From the NCBI GenBank assembly GCA_041659805.1, contig JBAZXP010000001.1, positions 320,589 to 384,588 on the forward strand: a DNA stretch of 64,000 bases, in the 5' to 3' direction. The stretch is from Microgenomates group bacterium. Its GTDB lineage: Bacteria > Patescibacteriota > Microgenomatia > Daviesbacterales > UBA10151. The notes beneath the pieces are model-generated. The model saw nothing but the letters and a program-made list of their open reading frames with translations, ran no database searches and was not told the DNA's origin. Below are positions 28,735 through 37,851 of the stretch, piece after piece (position 1 is the stretch's first letter; each line of letters opens with the position of its first letter). Position numbers and translations under genes: made by a program.

Positions 28735-31137
28735 ATGCAGCCTGCCTCTGAAGATCAAAAGAAGTTTATAGTTCCCTTAGAAAAAGTTGGTATTGAAGAT
28801 GTTCCAGAAGTAGGTGGTAAAAATGCCTCACTTGGTGAAATGATTCAATATTTGGTGCCTAAAGGGGTAAATGTTCCTGGAGGTTATGTGGTAACAGCTA
28901 CTGCTTACCGCTATTTTCTGGAATCTACTCCATTAAAAGAATTTATCAAAAAAACCCTGGATGGATTAAATACTCACAATATGGAAGAGTTGTCCAGAAA
29001 GGCAAAACAGGTAAGAGATGCAATTGTAACCACCGCGTTCCCCAAGGATTTAGAAGAGGAGATAGAACGTGCTCATCGTGAGATAGAAAAAAGATATGGT
29101 AGAGGTGCTGATTTTGCAGTCAGATCATCTGCCACAGCAGAGGATTTACCAGATGCTTCTTTTGCCGGAGAGCATGAAACATATCTTAATATCAGAGGTG
29201 TTTCTGAAATAGTCAAAGCTGTTAAACGTTCTATGGCGTCTCTTTTTACAGCCAGAGCAATTTCTTACAGAGTTGATAAAAAATTTGATCATTTTTCAAT
29301 TGCGTTATCTGTTGGTGTGCAAAGAATGGTTAGATCAGATCTTGGTTGTTCTGGTGTAATGTTTTCACTAGATACGGAATCAGGTTTTCCGGATGTGGTT
29401 ATTATTGATGGATCATGGGGACTTGGGGAGATGATTGTTCAAGGAGAGGTTACCCCAGATGAGTTTTTGGTTTACAAGCCGAGTTTAGGGAAAGATGGTT
29501 TTACTCCTATTATAGAAAAAAAGTATGGAGTTAAAAATCAAAAAATGATTTATTCAGACACCAGTCCAACAAAAATAGTTTCAACATCGGAAAAAGAAAG
29601 AGCAATTTTTGTTTTGTCTGACGCGGAAATTATTAAATTAGCTGAGTGGGGTGTGGAGGTGGAAAAACATTATTCCAAAAAACATGGCAAATGGACTCCA
29701 ATGGATATGGAATGGGCAAAAGACGGTAAAACTAATGAGTTATTTATGATTCAGGCCAGGCCAGAAACGATTCATGCCACGCGTGATTTTACTAAAGTAA
29801 AAGAATATATAAGGGAAGAAGAAGGAGTTGAAATTGTTAAAGGTGCTTCAGTTGGTGGAAAAATTGCTACAGGCAAGGCTAGGGTAATTTTAAATCCGGC
29901 TGATATTAATAAATTTAAAGAAGGTGAGGTTTTGGTAACAGTCATGACAGATCCAGACTGGGAACCAATCATGAAAATCGCTGCAGGAATTGTAACAGAT
30001 AAAGGTGGAAGAACTTCTCATGCAGCAATTGTTTCCCGAGAACTTGGTATTCCTTGTATTGTAGGTTCTCTTGAGGCAACAGAAAAAATAAAAACAGGGG
30101 ATGAGATAACAGTTGATACATCTGGCTCAGACGGAATTGTTTTTGAAGGTGTTTTGAAATTTAGAGTGGTGGAACATGATACAAAAACTTTACCAAAAAC
30201 AAAAACCCATATCATGATGAATATTGCTACCCCTGATACAGCATTTGAAAAATCATTTTTACCAAATGACGGTGTGGGGCTTGCTCGTGAAGAATTTATT
30301 ATTGCCTCAATTGGAATTCACCCTAACGCATTACTTGATTACCAAAAACTAACACCAAATTTAAAGCGAAAAATTGATGAAAAAACATTTGGTTATCCTG
30401 ACAAGGTTAAATTTTATGTAGATAATTTGGCTTATGGAATTGCAAAAATTGCAGCGGCCTTTAATCCCAAACCAGTGATTGTCCGTTTTTCAGATTTTAA
30501 AACGAATGAATATGGAACTTTACTTGGTGGTGAAGATTATGAACCAAAAGAAGAAAATCCTATGATTGGCTGGCGTGGTGCTTCTCGTTATTATCATCCT
30601 GAATTTACCAAGGCTTTTGAGTTGGAAGTTATTGCCATGAAAAAGGTTCGAGAAGAAATGGGACTAAAAAATGTCATGGCAATGATTCCGTTTTGCAGAA
30701 CAGTTGAAGAAGGAAAAAAAGTTGTTGATTTGATAGAAAAATATGGATTGAAACAATCTGCTGACTTTAAAATTTATGTAATGTGTGAGATTCCAGCAAA
30801 TGTTATCTTAGCTGAGGAATTTTTGGAAGTGTTTGATGGGATGTCAATTGGGTCAAATGATTTGACTCAACTTACTTTGGGTATAGATAGAGACGGGAAT
30901 GAAATGATTAAATCAATTAGTAATGAAAAAGATGAGGCAGTCAAAAAACTTATCAGTGAGGTTATAAAGAAATGTAAAGCCAAAAATAAATATATCGGTA
31001 TTTGCGGACAAGCACCAAGCGATTATCCTGATTTTGCTCAATTTCTAGTTAAAGAGGGGATTGAGAGCATGTCCTTAAATCCTGATTCAGTCATAAATAC
31101 TATTGTCAAAATCCACGAACAGGAAAATAAGAATTAA
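28735..31137 (+). CDS. ppsA: Phosphoenolpyruvate synthase (pyruvate, water dikinase)
   Basis: 800 aa; GGRTSHAAIVSRELGIPCIVG phospho-His motif; the N-terminal ATP-grasp and C-terminal PEP-utilising domains have PpsA length. Confidence 0.88.
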   Translation: MQPASEDQKKFIVPLEKVGIEDVPEVGGKNASLGEMIQYLVPKGVNVPGGYVVTATAYRYFLESTPLKEFIKKTLDGLNTHNMEELSRKAKQVRDAIVTTAFPKDLEEEIERAHREIEKRYGRGADFAVRSSATAEDLPDASFAGEHETYLNIRGVSEIVKAVKRSMASLFTARAISYRVDKKFDHFSIALSVGVQRMVRSDLGCSGVMFSLDTESGFPDVVIIDGSWGLGEMIVQGEVTPDEFLVYKPSLGKDGFTPIIEKKYGVKNQKMIYSDTSPTKIVSTSEKERAIFVLSDAEIIKLAEWGVEVEKHYSKKHGKWTPMDMEWAKDGKTNELFMIQARPETIHATRDFTKVKEYIREEEGVEIVKGASVGGKIATGKARVILNPADINKFKEGEVLVTVMTDPDWEPIMKIAAGIVTDKGGRTSHAAIVSRELGIPCIVGSLEATEKIKTGDEITVDTSGSDGIVFEGVLKFRVVEHDTKTLPKTKTHIMMNIATPDTAFEKSFLPNDGVGLAREEFIIASIGIHPNALLDYQKLTPNLKRKIDEKTFGYPDKVKFYVDNLAYGIAKIAAAFNPKPVIVRFSDFKTNEYGTLLGGEDYEPKEENPMIGWRGASRYYHPEFTKAFELEVIAMKKVREEMGLKNVMAMIPFCRTVEEGKKVVDLIEKYGLKQSADFKIYVMCEIPANVILAEEFLEVFDGMSIGSNDLTQLTLGIDRDGNEMIKSISNEKDEAVKKLISEVIKKCKAKNKYIGICGQAPSDYPDFAQFLVKEGIESMSLNPDSVINTIVKIHEQENKN

Positions 31138-31172
31138 TAATTCAAAATTTATAATGTATAATTCAAACTGAC

Positions 31173-32363
31173 ATGCGGGTTGATGACGTCTCTTTAAAAA
31201 TAATTCCTGATTCCCGGGGTAAAGATACCTTAGAAGCAACTTTAAAATCCGGAGATATTTCCGTTTCTTCCTCAGTACCATCAGGTAAAAGTACTGGTAT
31301 AAATGAAGTTTTTGTTTTAGATCCTGATACGGCACTTTTAAAATTCGAGGATGATTTAAAAGAAGGTATTTTACTTCACGACTTTGAATCACTTGAACAA
31401 TTTGATAATTATTTAATCAACTGTGATAGCACAGATAATAAAAAAGATTTAGGTGGAAATATGATGTTGGCTTTAAGTATTGGTTTTACAAAATTACTAG
31501 CAAAATCACAGAATAAGGAAATCTATCAGCTAATTGCTGAAATTGGTAATAATAAAATAGAAAAATTACCGCTATGTTTTTTTAATGTAATAAATGGGGG
31601 ATTACATGCTAAAGATTCTTTGCCTTTTCAGGAATATATGTTTGTCCCTCAAAATGTTTTACCTTCTGAAAATTTAAACTCTGTAATGTTACTTTTAAAA
31701 GTTTTGGGAGATACTATTCAAAAAAAATATGAACATTTGAGAATGGGGGATGAGGGAGGATATGAGGTACCAGAGAAAGATCCTGAAATTGGATTAAAGA
31801 TTCTGACTGAAGCAATAAAAGAAAGCAATCAGGAAAAAAGCAAGATAAGCTTGGACGTTGCTGCTTCATCATTTTTTAAAGATGGATTATATTTAGTTGG
31901 AGACAATGTGCAAACTAAAGACCAGCTATTAGATCTTTATCAAATACTAAATACAAAATACCAAATACTATCTATAGAAGATCCATTTGATGAAAAAGAT
32001 GAAGATGGGTTTCAAAAAATAGTAGAAAAAATAGGTAATCAGGTTTGGATTGTGGGTGATGATTTAACTACTACTAATACTGAACGCATTAAAATAATGG
32101 AAGATAAAAAAGCCTGTAATGCTGTCATCATAAAACCAAATCAAATTGGAACTGTGAGCGAGGCTTTGGAAGCTGTAAGACTTGCACAGACGTTTGGTTG
32201 GAAAGTGATTGTGTCACACCGATCAGGTGAAACAATGGATACATTTATTGCAGATTTAGCAGTGGGAGTTGGAGCAGATGGGTTAAAATCAGGATGCCCA
32301 TTACAAAAAGAACGTTTGGTTAAATATCAGAGATTAATTGAAATAGAAAAACAATTGGCTTAA
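31173..32363 (+). CDS. eno: Enolase (compact, divergent N-terminus)
   Basis: QEYMFVP, SIEDPFDEKDEDGF, VGDDLTTTN, IKPNQIGTVSE and SHRSGETMDTFIADLAV motifs all present; 396 aa. Confidence 0.88.
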   Translation: MRVDDVSLKIIPDSRGKDTLEATLKSGDISVSSSVPSGKSTGINEVFVLDPDTALLKFEDDLKEGILLHDFESLEQFDNYLINCDSTDNKKDLGGNMMLALSIGFTKLLAKSQNKEIYQLIAEIGNNKIEKLPLCFFNVINGGLHAKDSLPFQEYMFVPQNVLPSENLNSVMLLLKVLGDTIQKKYEHLRMGDEGGYEVPEKDPEIGLKILTEAIKESNQEKSKISLDVAASSFFKDGLYLVGDNVQTKDQLLDLYQILNTKYQILSIEDPFDEKDEDGFQKIVEKIGNQVWIVGDDLTTTNTERIKIMEDKKACNAVIIKPNQIGTVSEALEAVRLAQTFGWKVIVSHRSGETMDTFIADLAVGVGADGLKSGCPLQKERLVKYQRLIEIEKQLA

Positions 32364-33163
32364 GAAAGAAGCACTCCGCCGTCAACCACAATTTGAGAAC
32401 CTGTCATATAAGATGACATATCAGAGGCGAGAAAGAGGGTAACTTTTCCGATATCATCTGGTTCTCCCATTTTATGCATCGGGATTTTTGCCATAAAGGC
32501 TTCAATCATTTTTGCTGGATCAACGCTCGGATCTTTCGGTGCGCCAGACTGCAGTTTTGTGACACCAGGTGTGGCAATTCCTCCAGGAGCTATCGCATTA
32601 ACCCAAATTTTATGTTGTGATAATTCCAAAGCAGAGTTTTTGGTAAAACCCCAAAGCCCATGTTTGGAAGCGTCATATGCAGCCAGCCCCACCATGGAAG
32701 GATGAAGGGCGTCAATTGAAGTAATATTAATAATTTTTCCGCCATTTCCTTGTTTGATCATCTGCTCTGAGGAGTATTTTGTAGTTAAAAAAACTCCCTT
32801 GAGATTAACTGATATAATTTTTTCAAACTGTTCAGAGGTCATAGATGAAACAGGGGCATTGGGATAAATGCCTGCATTATTAACTAAAATATCAATCGAT
32901 CCAAAATCAGAAACAGTTTGAGTAATTAAACTTTTAACATTTTCCTCATCTGAAACATCGGTTTTAAATGCTTTTACTTTATATCCTTTGGCTGTTAAAT
33001 CAGCAACAGCTTTATTTGAATCTTCTTCTGATAAATCTGCAATCATAACATTTGCTCCTGCTTCAGCTAACCTCGCTGTAATTCCTAAACCAATACCCAT
33101 AGCTCCACCAGTAACAATAGCTGTTTTTCCTGTTAAATCTAATAATTTATCAACTGTTAACAT
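32360..33163 (-). CDS. SDR-family NAD(P)-dependent oxidoreductase
   Basis: 267 aa; TAIVTGGAMGIGLGIT Rossmann motif and a YxxxK (YDASKHG) catalytic motif. Confidence 0.85.
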   Translation of the reverse strand: MLTVDKLLDLTGKTAIVTGGAMGIGLGITARLAEAGANVMIADLSEEDSNKAVADLTAKGYKVKAFKTDVSDEENVKSLITQTVSDFGSIDILVNNAGIYPNAPVSSMTSEQFEKIISVNLKGVFLTTKYSSEQMIKQGNGGKIINITSIDALHPSMVGLAAYDASKHGLWGFTKNSALELSQHKIWVNAIAPGGIATPGVTKLQSGAPKDPSVDPAKMIEAFMAKIPMHKMGEPDDIGKVTLFLASDMSSYMTGSQIVVDGGVLLS

Positions 33164-33167
33164 AAAT

Positions 33168-33470
33168 TTATATTGGCCAGACTTGTTTGCCTGTTTCTAT
33201 ATCTATTACAATTATAGCTTGAGTTGGACAGGCTTGTGCAGCTAGTAAAATATTCTCTGGGGAATCAGTGTTTCCTTCTGTGATCACAGCTTTTTTCTCA
33301 TCATCCAGGGTAAAAGTAGCAGGTGCAACTCCAATACAAGCAGCAGCTCCAATACAAAGAGAACGGATTACCTTAACTTTATATTTTCCAAGAATAACTT
33401 CTTTATCTGCTACCTGATTTGTTTGATCATCCATCACTATTACATTAATTGTTTTAATAACTATTTTCAA
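33168..33470 (-). CDS. Small ferredoxin-like protein with three Cys
   Basis: 100 aa; CIGAAACIGVAP...AAQACP resembles a single-cluster Fer4 domain with one Cys position replaced. It lies 5 nt upstream of the SDR gene. Confidence 0.45.
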   Translation of the reverse strand: MKIVIKTINVIVMDDQTNQVADKEVILGKYKVKVIRSLCIGAAACIGVAPATFTLDDEKKAVITEGNTDSPENILLAAQACPTQAIIVIDIETGKQVWPI

Positions 33471-33497
33471 GTCAGCATATTGGTATAATATTTAAAC

Positions 33498-34364
33498 ATG
33501 CTTGAAAAAATTTCTTCTTTTATCTTGGTGCTAATTGCAGGTATTTTGGTAAATTTGCCGATTGATTTTAATAAATATGATCTGCCACCAACCTTAAGTT
33601 ATTATATTCGTACCATTGCTCCTTGTGCGCATCCAATTTATTATAAAATCGGTACAATCGATTCAATGTTTAATATTTCAACGGAAGAGGTGATAAAAGA
33701 TGCAGAGTTAGGTGCAGCTTTATGGAGTGGGGCAGCAGGTAAACAACTTTTTGTTTATGATCCAAAAGGATCTTTAACTATTAATTTGGTTTATGATGAA
33801 AGACAATCAATAAGTTCACAAATAAGTGTTAAAGAAACGCAACTTCAACAGGCAAAATCACAACTTACTCCAAACGAAGAAAAATATAATAGCTTAGTAG
33901 CTGATTTTAAAACCCGCGTTGCAGCACTTAATACCAATATTGATTATTGGAATAGTCGTGGTGGAGCCCCCCCAGATGAATATGCAAAACTAATTACAGA
34001 ACAAAATAGTTTAAAACAAAAATCTGAGGAAATAAATTCTTTGGTTACCAAATTAAATATTTCTGCCAAAGAATATAACACAATTGTTTCACAATTAAAT
34101 CAATCAGCTGAAAATTTTAATGAGGTAATTCAGGATAAGCCAGAAGAGGGATTGTATTCTCCTGCAAAAAATGAAATAGAAATATATTTAATAGTTAATC
34201 ATGATGAATTGGTTCATACTTTATCGCATGAGTTAGGACACGCTCTGGGTTTACCGCATACATTAGATAGAAACTCAATTATGAATGCTTCAACCAGTAA
34301 AACAACAACTCTTACAAAAGAAGACTTAACAGTCCTCAACAATCTTTGCTATCCTATGAAATAA
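33498..34364 (+). CDS. Membrane-anchored or secreted metzincin (matrixin-like) zinc metalloprotease with a central coiled-coil
   Basis: N-terminal hydrophobic segment; HELGHALGLPH (HExxHxxGxxH) followed by a Met-turn (SIM). Confidence 0.6.
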   Translation: MLEKISSFILVLIAGILVNLPIDFNKYDLPPTLSYYIRTIAPCAHPIYYKIGTIDSMFNISTEEVIKDAELGAALWSGAAGKQLFVYDPKGSLTINLVYDERQSISSQISVKETQLQQAKSQLTPNEEKYNSLVADFKTRVAALNTNIDYWNSRGGAPPDEYAKLITEQNSLKQKSEEINSLVTKLNISAKEYNTIVSQLNQSAENFNEVIQDKPEEGLYSPAKNEIEIYLIVNHDELVHTLSHELGHALGLPHTLDRNSIMNASTSKTTTLTKEDLTVLNNLCYPMK

Positions 34365-34378
34365 CTGAGGCTAATTTT

Positions 34379-35275
34379 TTATAATAATCCGCCTTTAAGA
34401 ATTCTAAATTTTTTATTTGTTTCCCAAACTTTTTCCAATTTGTCAAAATTATCATCTGGATTTTGCATTAATTGAGCGAGATTATCTATTTCTTCTAATT
34501 CTTCTTCAGTTAACTTATTCATTCTGTTCCAGCCATATGATGGTCCTTGTAGGTAGATAACTTCATTATTCATCAAACAATGAAAATCATGAAATAGCTC
34601 CCAACCAATAGTTACCAAACCTTGAAAACCTGATGCATCTTCAAAATGATTGCCTGCGACTTTTCCTTTTCGGACATCAATCCATGCATCTGCTGAAAAA
34701 TCAAAAGTTTTCTCAGGGATATCATAGGGATCAAATTTAAGATAATCCTCTAAACTTCCATCAATATCAACTGTGATCCATCGGGATTTTTCTTTATCCC
34801 AATATTGGTTAACCCAATGATCGTCACTTTTACCTTTCGGTAACCCTTCTACCAGAAAGTATGGAGCAAAACCAGACCTCACGCGAGCAGGAATTCCTTT
34901 AGATTTTAAAATTGATGCCATTAAAATAGCAGTAAATCTACAAGTAAGGACTAGCTTATTTTCTGTCGCCCTAGCTAATATAAAACCTCTTGGATCTCTT
35001 CTGAAAAGTTCTGTAATCATAGCTGAAACTGTTGGAAAAATATCATCCTCAGCTTGTCGATACCAAGGCACTTTAGTCATATCGCCATATCGGAGATCCT
35101 TATTTGATCCTGTATTTCCATTTTTTAAAGTAGCCCGATGAATAAGTTGTTTTCTAACTAATAATCCAATTTCCTTAATATTATCTGGCAGATTTTTTAG
35201 TAAGAGTTCTTGATATAATCCTGGATTCGTATATTCGCTAAATTGGAGATAAAAATCTAAGATTTTTTTATCCAT
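34379..35275 (-). CDS. Transglutaminase-like cysteine peptidase superfamily protein
   Basis: 298 aa; Cys (LTCRFTAIL) ... His (DHWVNQYWD) ... Asp spacing typical of the transglutaminase core. It is the last gene of the acd-korAB operon. Confidence 0.45.
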   Translation of the reverse strand: MDKKILDFYLQFSEYTNPGLYQELLLKNLPDNIKEIGLLVRKQLIHRATLKNGNTGSNKDLRYGDMTKVPWYRQAEDDIFPTVSAMITELFRRDPRGFILARATENKLVLTCRFTAILMASILKSKGIPARVRSGFAPYFLVEGLPKGKSDDHWVNQYWDKEKSRWITVDIDGSLEDYLKFDPYDIPEKTFDFSADAWIDVRKGKVAGNHFEDASGFQGLVTIGWELFHDFHCLMNNEVIYLQGPSYGWNRMNKLTEEELEEIDNLAQLMQNPDDNFDKLEKVWETNKKFRILKGGLL

Positions 35276-35283
35276 TTAATTTT

Positions 35284-36138
35284 TTAAGTATATTTTTTGA
35301 AGAGGTCGGAGAGATCTCTGACAGCGGATTGTTCTATTAAAGGCTTATCTTTTATTTGTGGAATTTGGGATTCATAAGAAGGTTTCTTTTCTTCATATAA
35401 AATACCAAGGGCTATTTTTTTAGGGCCCCATTCTAAAGATTTATTTATTGCTTCTGCTTTATTTGTAACATCATGGCTTTCATCTAATTTATAGGTATTT
35501 GCCTGATAAAATTGATGTGTGTATTCTTTATTAAAAGTCACACATGGTTGCAAGATATCAACCAAACTCAGACCATCATGATTATTGGCTTTAATAATAA
35601 GTTCTGTGAGTCCTGGAATATCACCAGCATATCCGCGGGCAACAAAGGTGGCACCACTGGCAATTGCTAAAGTCATAGGGGAGATGGGGTAATCAGGGTT
35701 TCCGTCTGGTGTAGATTTTGTGACAAAGCCATGGGGAGAAGTAGGGGAAGTTTGCCCGACAGTTAATCCATAAATTCCATTATCATGCAAAATAATAGTT
35801 AAATTATGATTTCTTCTGCAACTATGGACAAAGTGATTTCCGCCTTCTGCCATTGAATCTCCGTCTCCGGTAAAGACAAAAACATTAAGTTTATGATTGG
35901 CAGATTTAATGCCGGTGGCAACTGGTAACGGGCGTCCATGCAATCCTTCAACTGCAGTTATTTTTGTAAAATTGCAGATATGTCCGTGACACCCAATTCC
36001 GGCAACCATCACTGAGTTGGTATTATCCCAGCCTTCCTTGACTGCAGCATTTTTAAATGCGCCCCAAATTGCAAAATCTCCACAACCAGGACACCAATTT
36101 GGTTGACATGGTGTAATTAAATCATTTAAGTTTGTCAT
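35284..36138 (-). CDS. korB: 2-oxoacid:ferredoxin oxidoreductase beta subunit (TPP-binding)
   Basis: 284 aa; CPGCGDF...GIGCHG...FTGDGD are KorB/PorB TPP motifs. Confidence 0.88.
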   Translation of the reverse strand: MTNLNDLITPCQPNWCPGCGDFAIWGAFKNAAVKEGWDNTNSVMVAGIGCHGHICNFTKITAVEGLHGRPLPVATGIKSANHKLNVFVFTGDGDSMAEGGNHFVHSCRRNHNLTIILHDNGIYGLTVGQTSPTSPHGFVTKSTPDGNPDYPISPMTLAIASGATFVARGYAGDIPGLTELIIKANNHDGLSLVDILQPCVTFNKEYTHQFYQANTYKLDESHDVTNKAEAINKSLEWGPKKIALGILYEEKKPSYESQIPQIKDKPLIEQSAVRDLSDLFKKYT

Positions 36139-37850
36139 TTTAATAATTCCTTTATTTTTTCAATTACTTCTTCCGGGTAAATTGGGCGCCCATCATATTT
36201 TAATAATTTATTAGATATTTCTATACCGGTTTTTTCTCTGATAACCTCAGCTAATTGTCCGCTGAAATTACATTCAATATCAAGAAGGATTTTTGCGTTA
36301 TCCAAAATTTCTTTAGCGTCAAGTGGAAAAGGACTCATGTGGGTAATGTGTAAAAAATTAACATTTTCAAAACTTTTAATTGCTTGTAAAATAGCTCCTT
36401 TATTTGATCCCCACGAAATGATTGTTAAGTCTGCTTCTTTGGGACCAAACATTTGTTGTTTTGGCATTTCCTTCAAAAATGAATCATTTTTGCTCATTCT
36501 TTTTTGCATAGAAGCGATTCTTGCATCACTACTTTCGGTTGAATATCCATACTCATCATGTTCATCAGAATTACCAATAAAGAAATTACCAGATCCTGGA
36601 ATTGATCTAAGTGAAACACCGTCAGGGGAGTCAGCAAATCTTTTATAATCATTAATTTTCTCAGTTGAAAATTTTCCCCTGTTAACCTCTTCTTTATTTT
36701 GTGCAAAGATGGGGTAACTTTGGTCTCCCTCACAAATATTTTTATCAACAATTAAAATCACTGGTGTTTGAAATTTATCTGCTATATCAAAAGCCTGTCT
36801 TGTTAAATTAAAGGCTTCCTCTGAGTCGCCTGCCGCAAGTACAATTCTGGGAAAATCTCCTTGATGGGCATGTAACATCATTTTTAAATCTCCTTGATCG
36901 CTCCAGGTAGGCAGGCCGGTGGCAGGCCCTGGTCTCATGCCTTCAATAATAACTAAAGGAGTTTCAATATTAGCAGCCAGCCCATATCCTTCCGCCATTA
37001 AACAAAATCCACCTCCAGAAGTTGCAACCATAGACCTACAACCAGCAAACGATGCACCAATTGCCATATTAATGGCAGCAATTTCATCTTCTGGTTGTTT
37101 ATAAATAAACCTGTATTTTTGTTGGTTTTCTGCTAACACTGTTAAAATATTGGAAGTTGGAGTCATGGGATAAATGGCAGCATATTGTAAACCGGAAGCG
37201 ATGGCGCTTAAGGCAATTGCTTCATTTCCGTTAACAATCATTTTTGCAGTGATATTTTCTAAGGGATTTAATGTAGATAAGATTTTTTCTTTGAAAGTTT
37301 GTTGGACAAAATCAAAACCCGCTTTGGCTGCTTTGATATTTTGTTCTGCAATCTCTCCAGTGAATGACTCATTGATTAAATTATTTAAAATTTCTAAATC
37401 ACCACCCAATAGAGCAATAGCAGAACCAAGAGCTACAGTATTCAACATAATCTTGCTTCCATCTGCTTTGATTGCGAGTTCTGATAGGGGAACCGGTAAA
37501 AGGTTAACTTCTTTTGATATTTTTGAAGTATCAAGTCCATCAGAACCGTCAAATAAAACAAATGAGTTAGGAATTAATTCCTCAAGATGTTTATCAATAG
37601 TTTCTTGGTTTAGGGCAATTAAAAAATTAGTGTGTTTTTGGGGAGCAGTAACTGGATCTTTATCAATGCATATTTGCATGATGTTGTGACCGCCACGAAT
37701 GAGTGATGGATATTCAGTATAGGTATAAATATTGTAACCTGAGCGAGTGGCAACTTTTGCGAGCATTAAACCTGCTGATTTTATTCCCTGTCCTGCTTGT
37801 CCGCCTATTTTAAGACTGAATATTTGCATTTGTGAATCTAAATTTACCAT
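36135..37850 (-). CDS. korA: 2-oxoacid:ferredoxin oxidoreductase alpha subunit with a fused N-terminal gamma domain
   Basis: 571 aa; the N-terminal IGGQAGQGIKSAGLMLA is a PorG-like domain and the remainder is the alpha (pyruvate-flavodoxin oxidoreductase domain I/II) region. Confidence 0.88.
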   Translation of the reverse strand: MVNLDSQMQIFSLKIGGQAGQGIKSAGLMLAKVATRSGYNIYTYTEYPSLIRGGHNIMQICIDKDPVTAPQKHTNFLIALNQETIDKHLEELIPNSFVLFDGSDGLDTSKISKEVNLLPVPLSELAIKADGSKIMLNTVALGSAIALLGGDLEILNNLINESFTGEIAEQNIKAAKAGFDFVQQTFKEKILSTLNPLENITAKMIVNGNEAIALSAIASGLQYAAIYPMTPTSNILTVLAENQQKYRFIYKQPEDEIAAINMAIGASFAGCRSMVATSGGGFCLMAEGYGLAANIETPLVIIEGMRPGPATGLPTWSDQGDLKMMLHAHQGDFPRIVLAAGDSEEAFNLTRQAFDIADKFQTPVILIVDKNICEGDQSYPIFAQNKEEVNRGKFSTEKINDYKRFADSPDGVSLRSIPGSGNFFIGNSDEHDEYGYSTESSDARIASMQKRMSKNDSFLKEMPKQQMFGPKEADLTIISWGSNKGAILQAIKSFENVNFLHITHMSPFPLDAKEILDNAKILLDIECNFSGQLAEVIREKTGIEISNKLLKYDGRPIYPEEVIEKIKELLK

Positions 37851-37851
37851 A

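Noticed and set aside
28735-28758. Divergent 24-nt overlap of ppsA with the track-predicted start of the minus-strand fusion gene
   Set aside because: It is resolved by moving the fusion gene start to Met27 (28680), where YrdC homology begins. That leaves a 54-nt divergent spacer.
36337-37689. Plus-strand ORFs 36337..36648, 36919..37104 and 37174..37689 antisense to korA
   Set aside because: They are embedded in a well-supported minus-strand gene and are frame artefacts.
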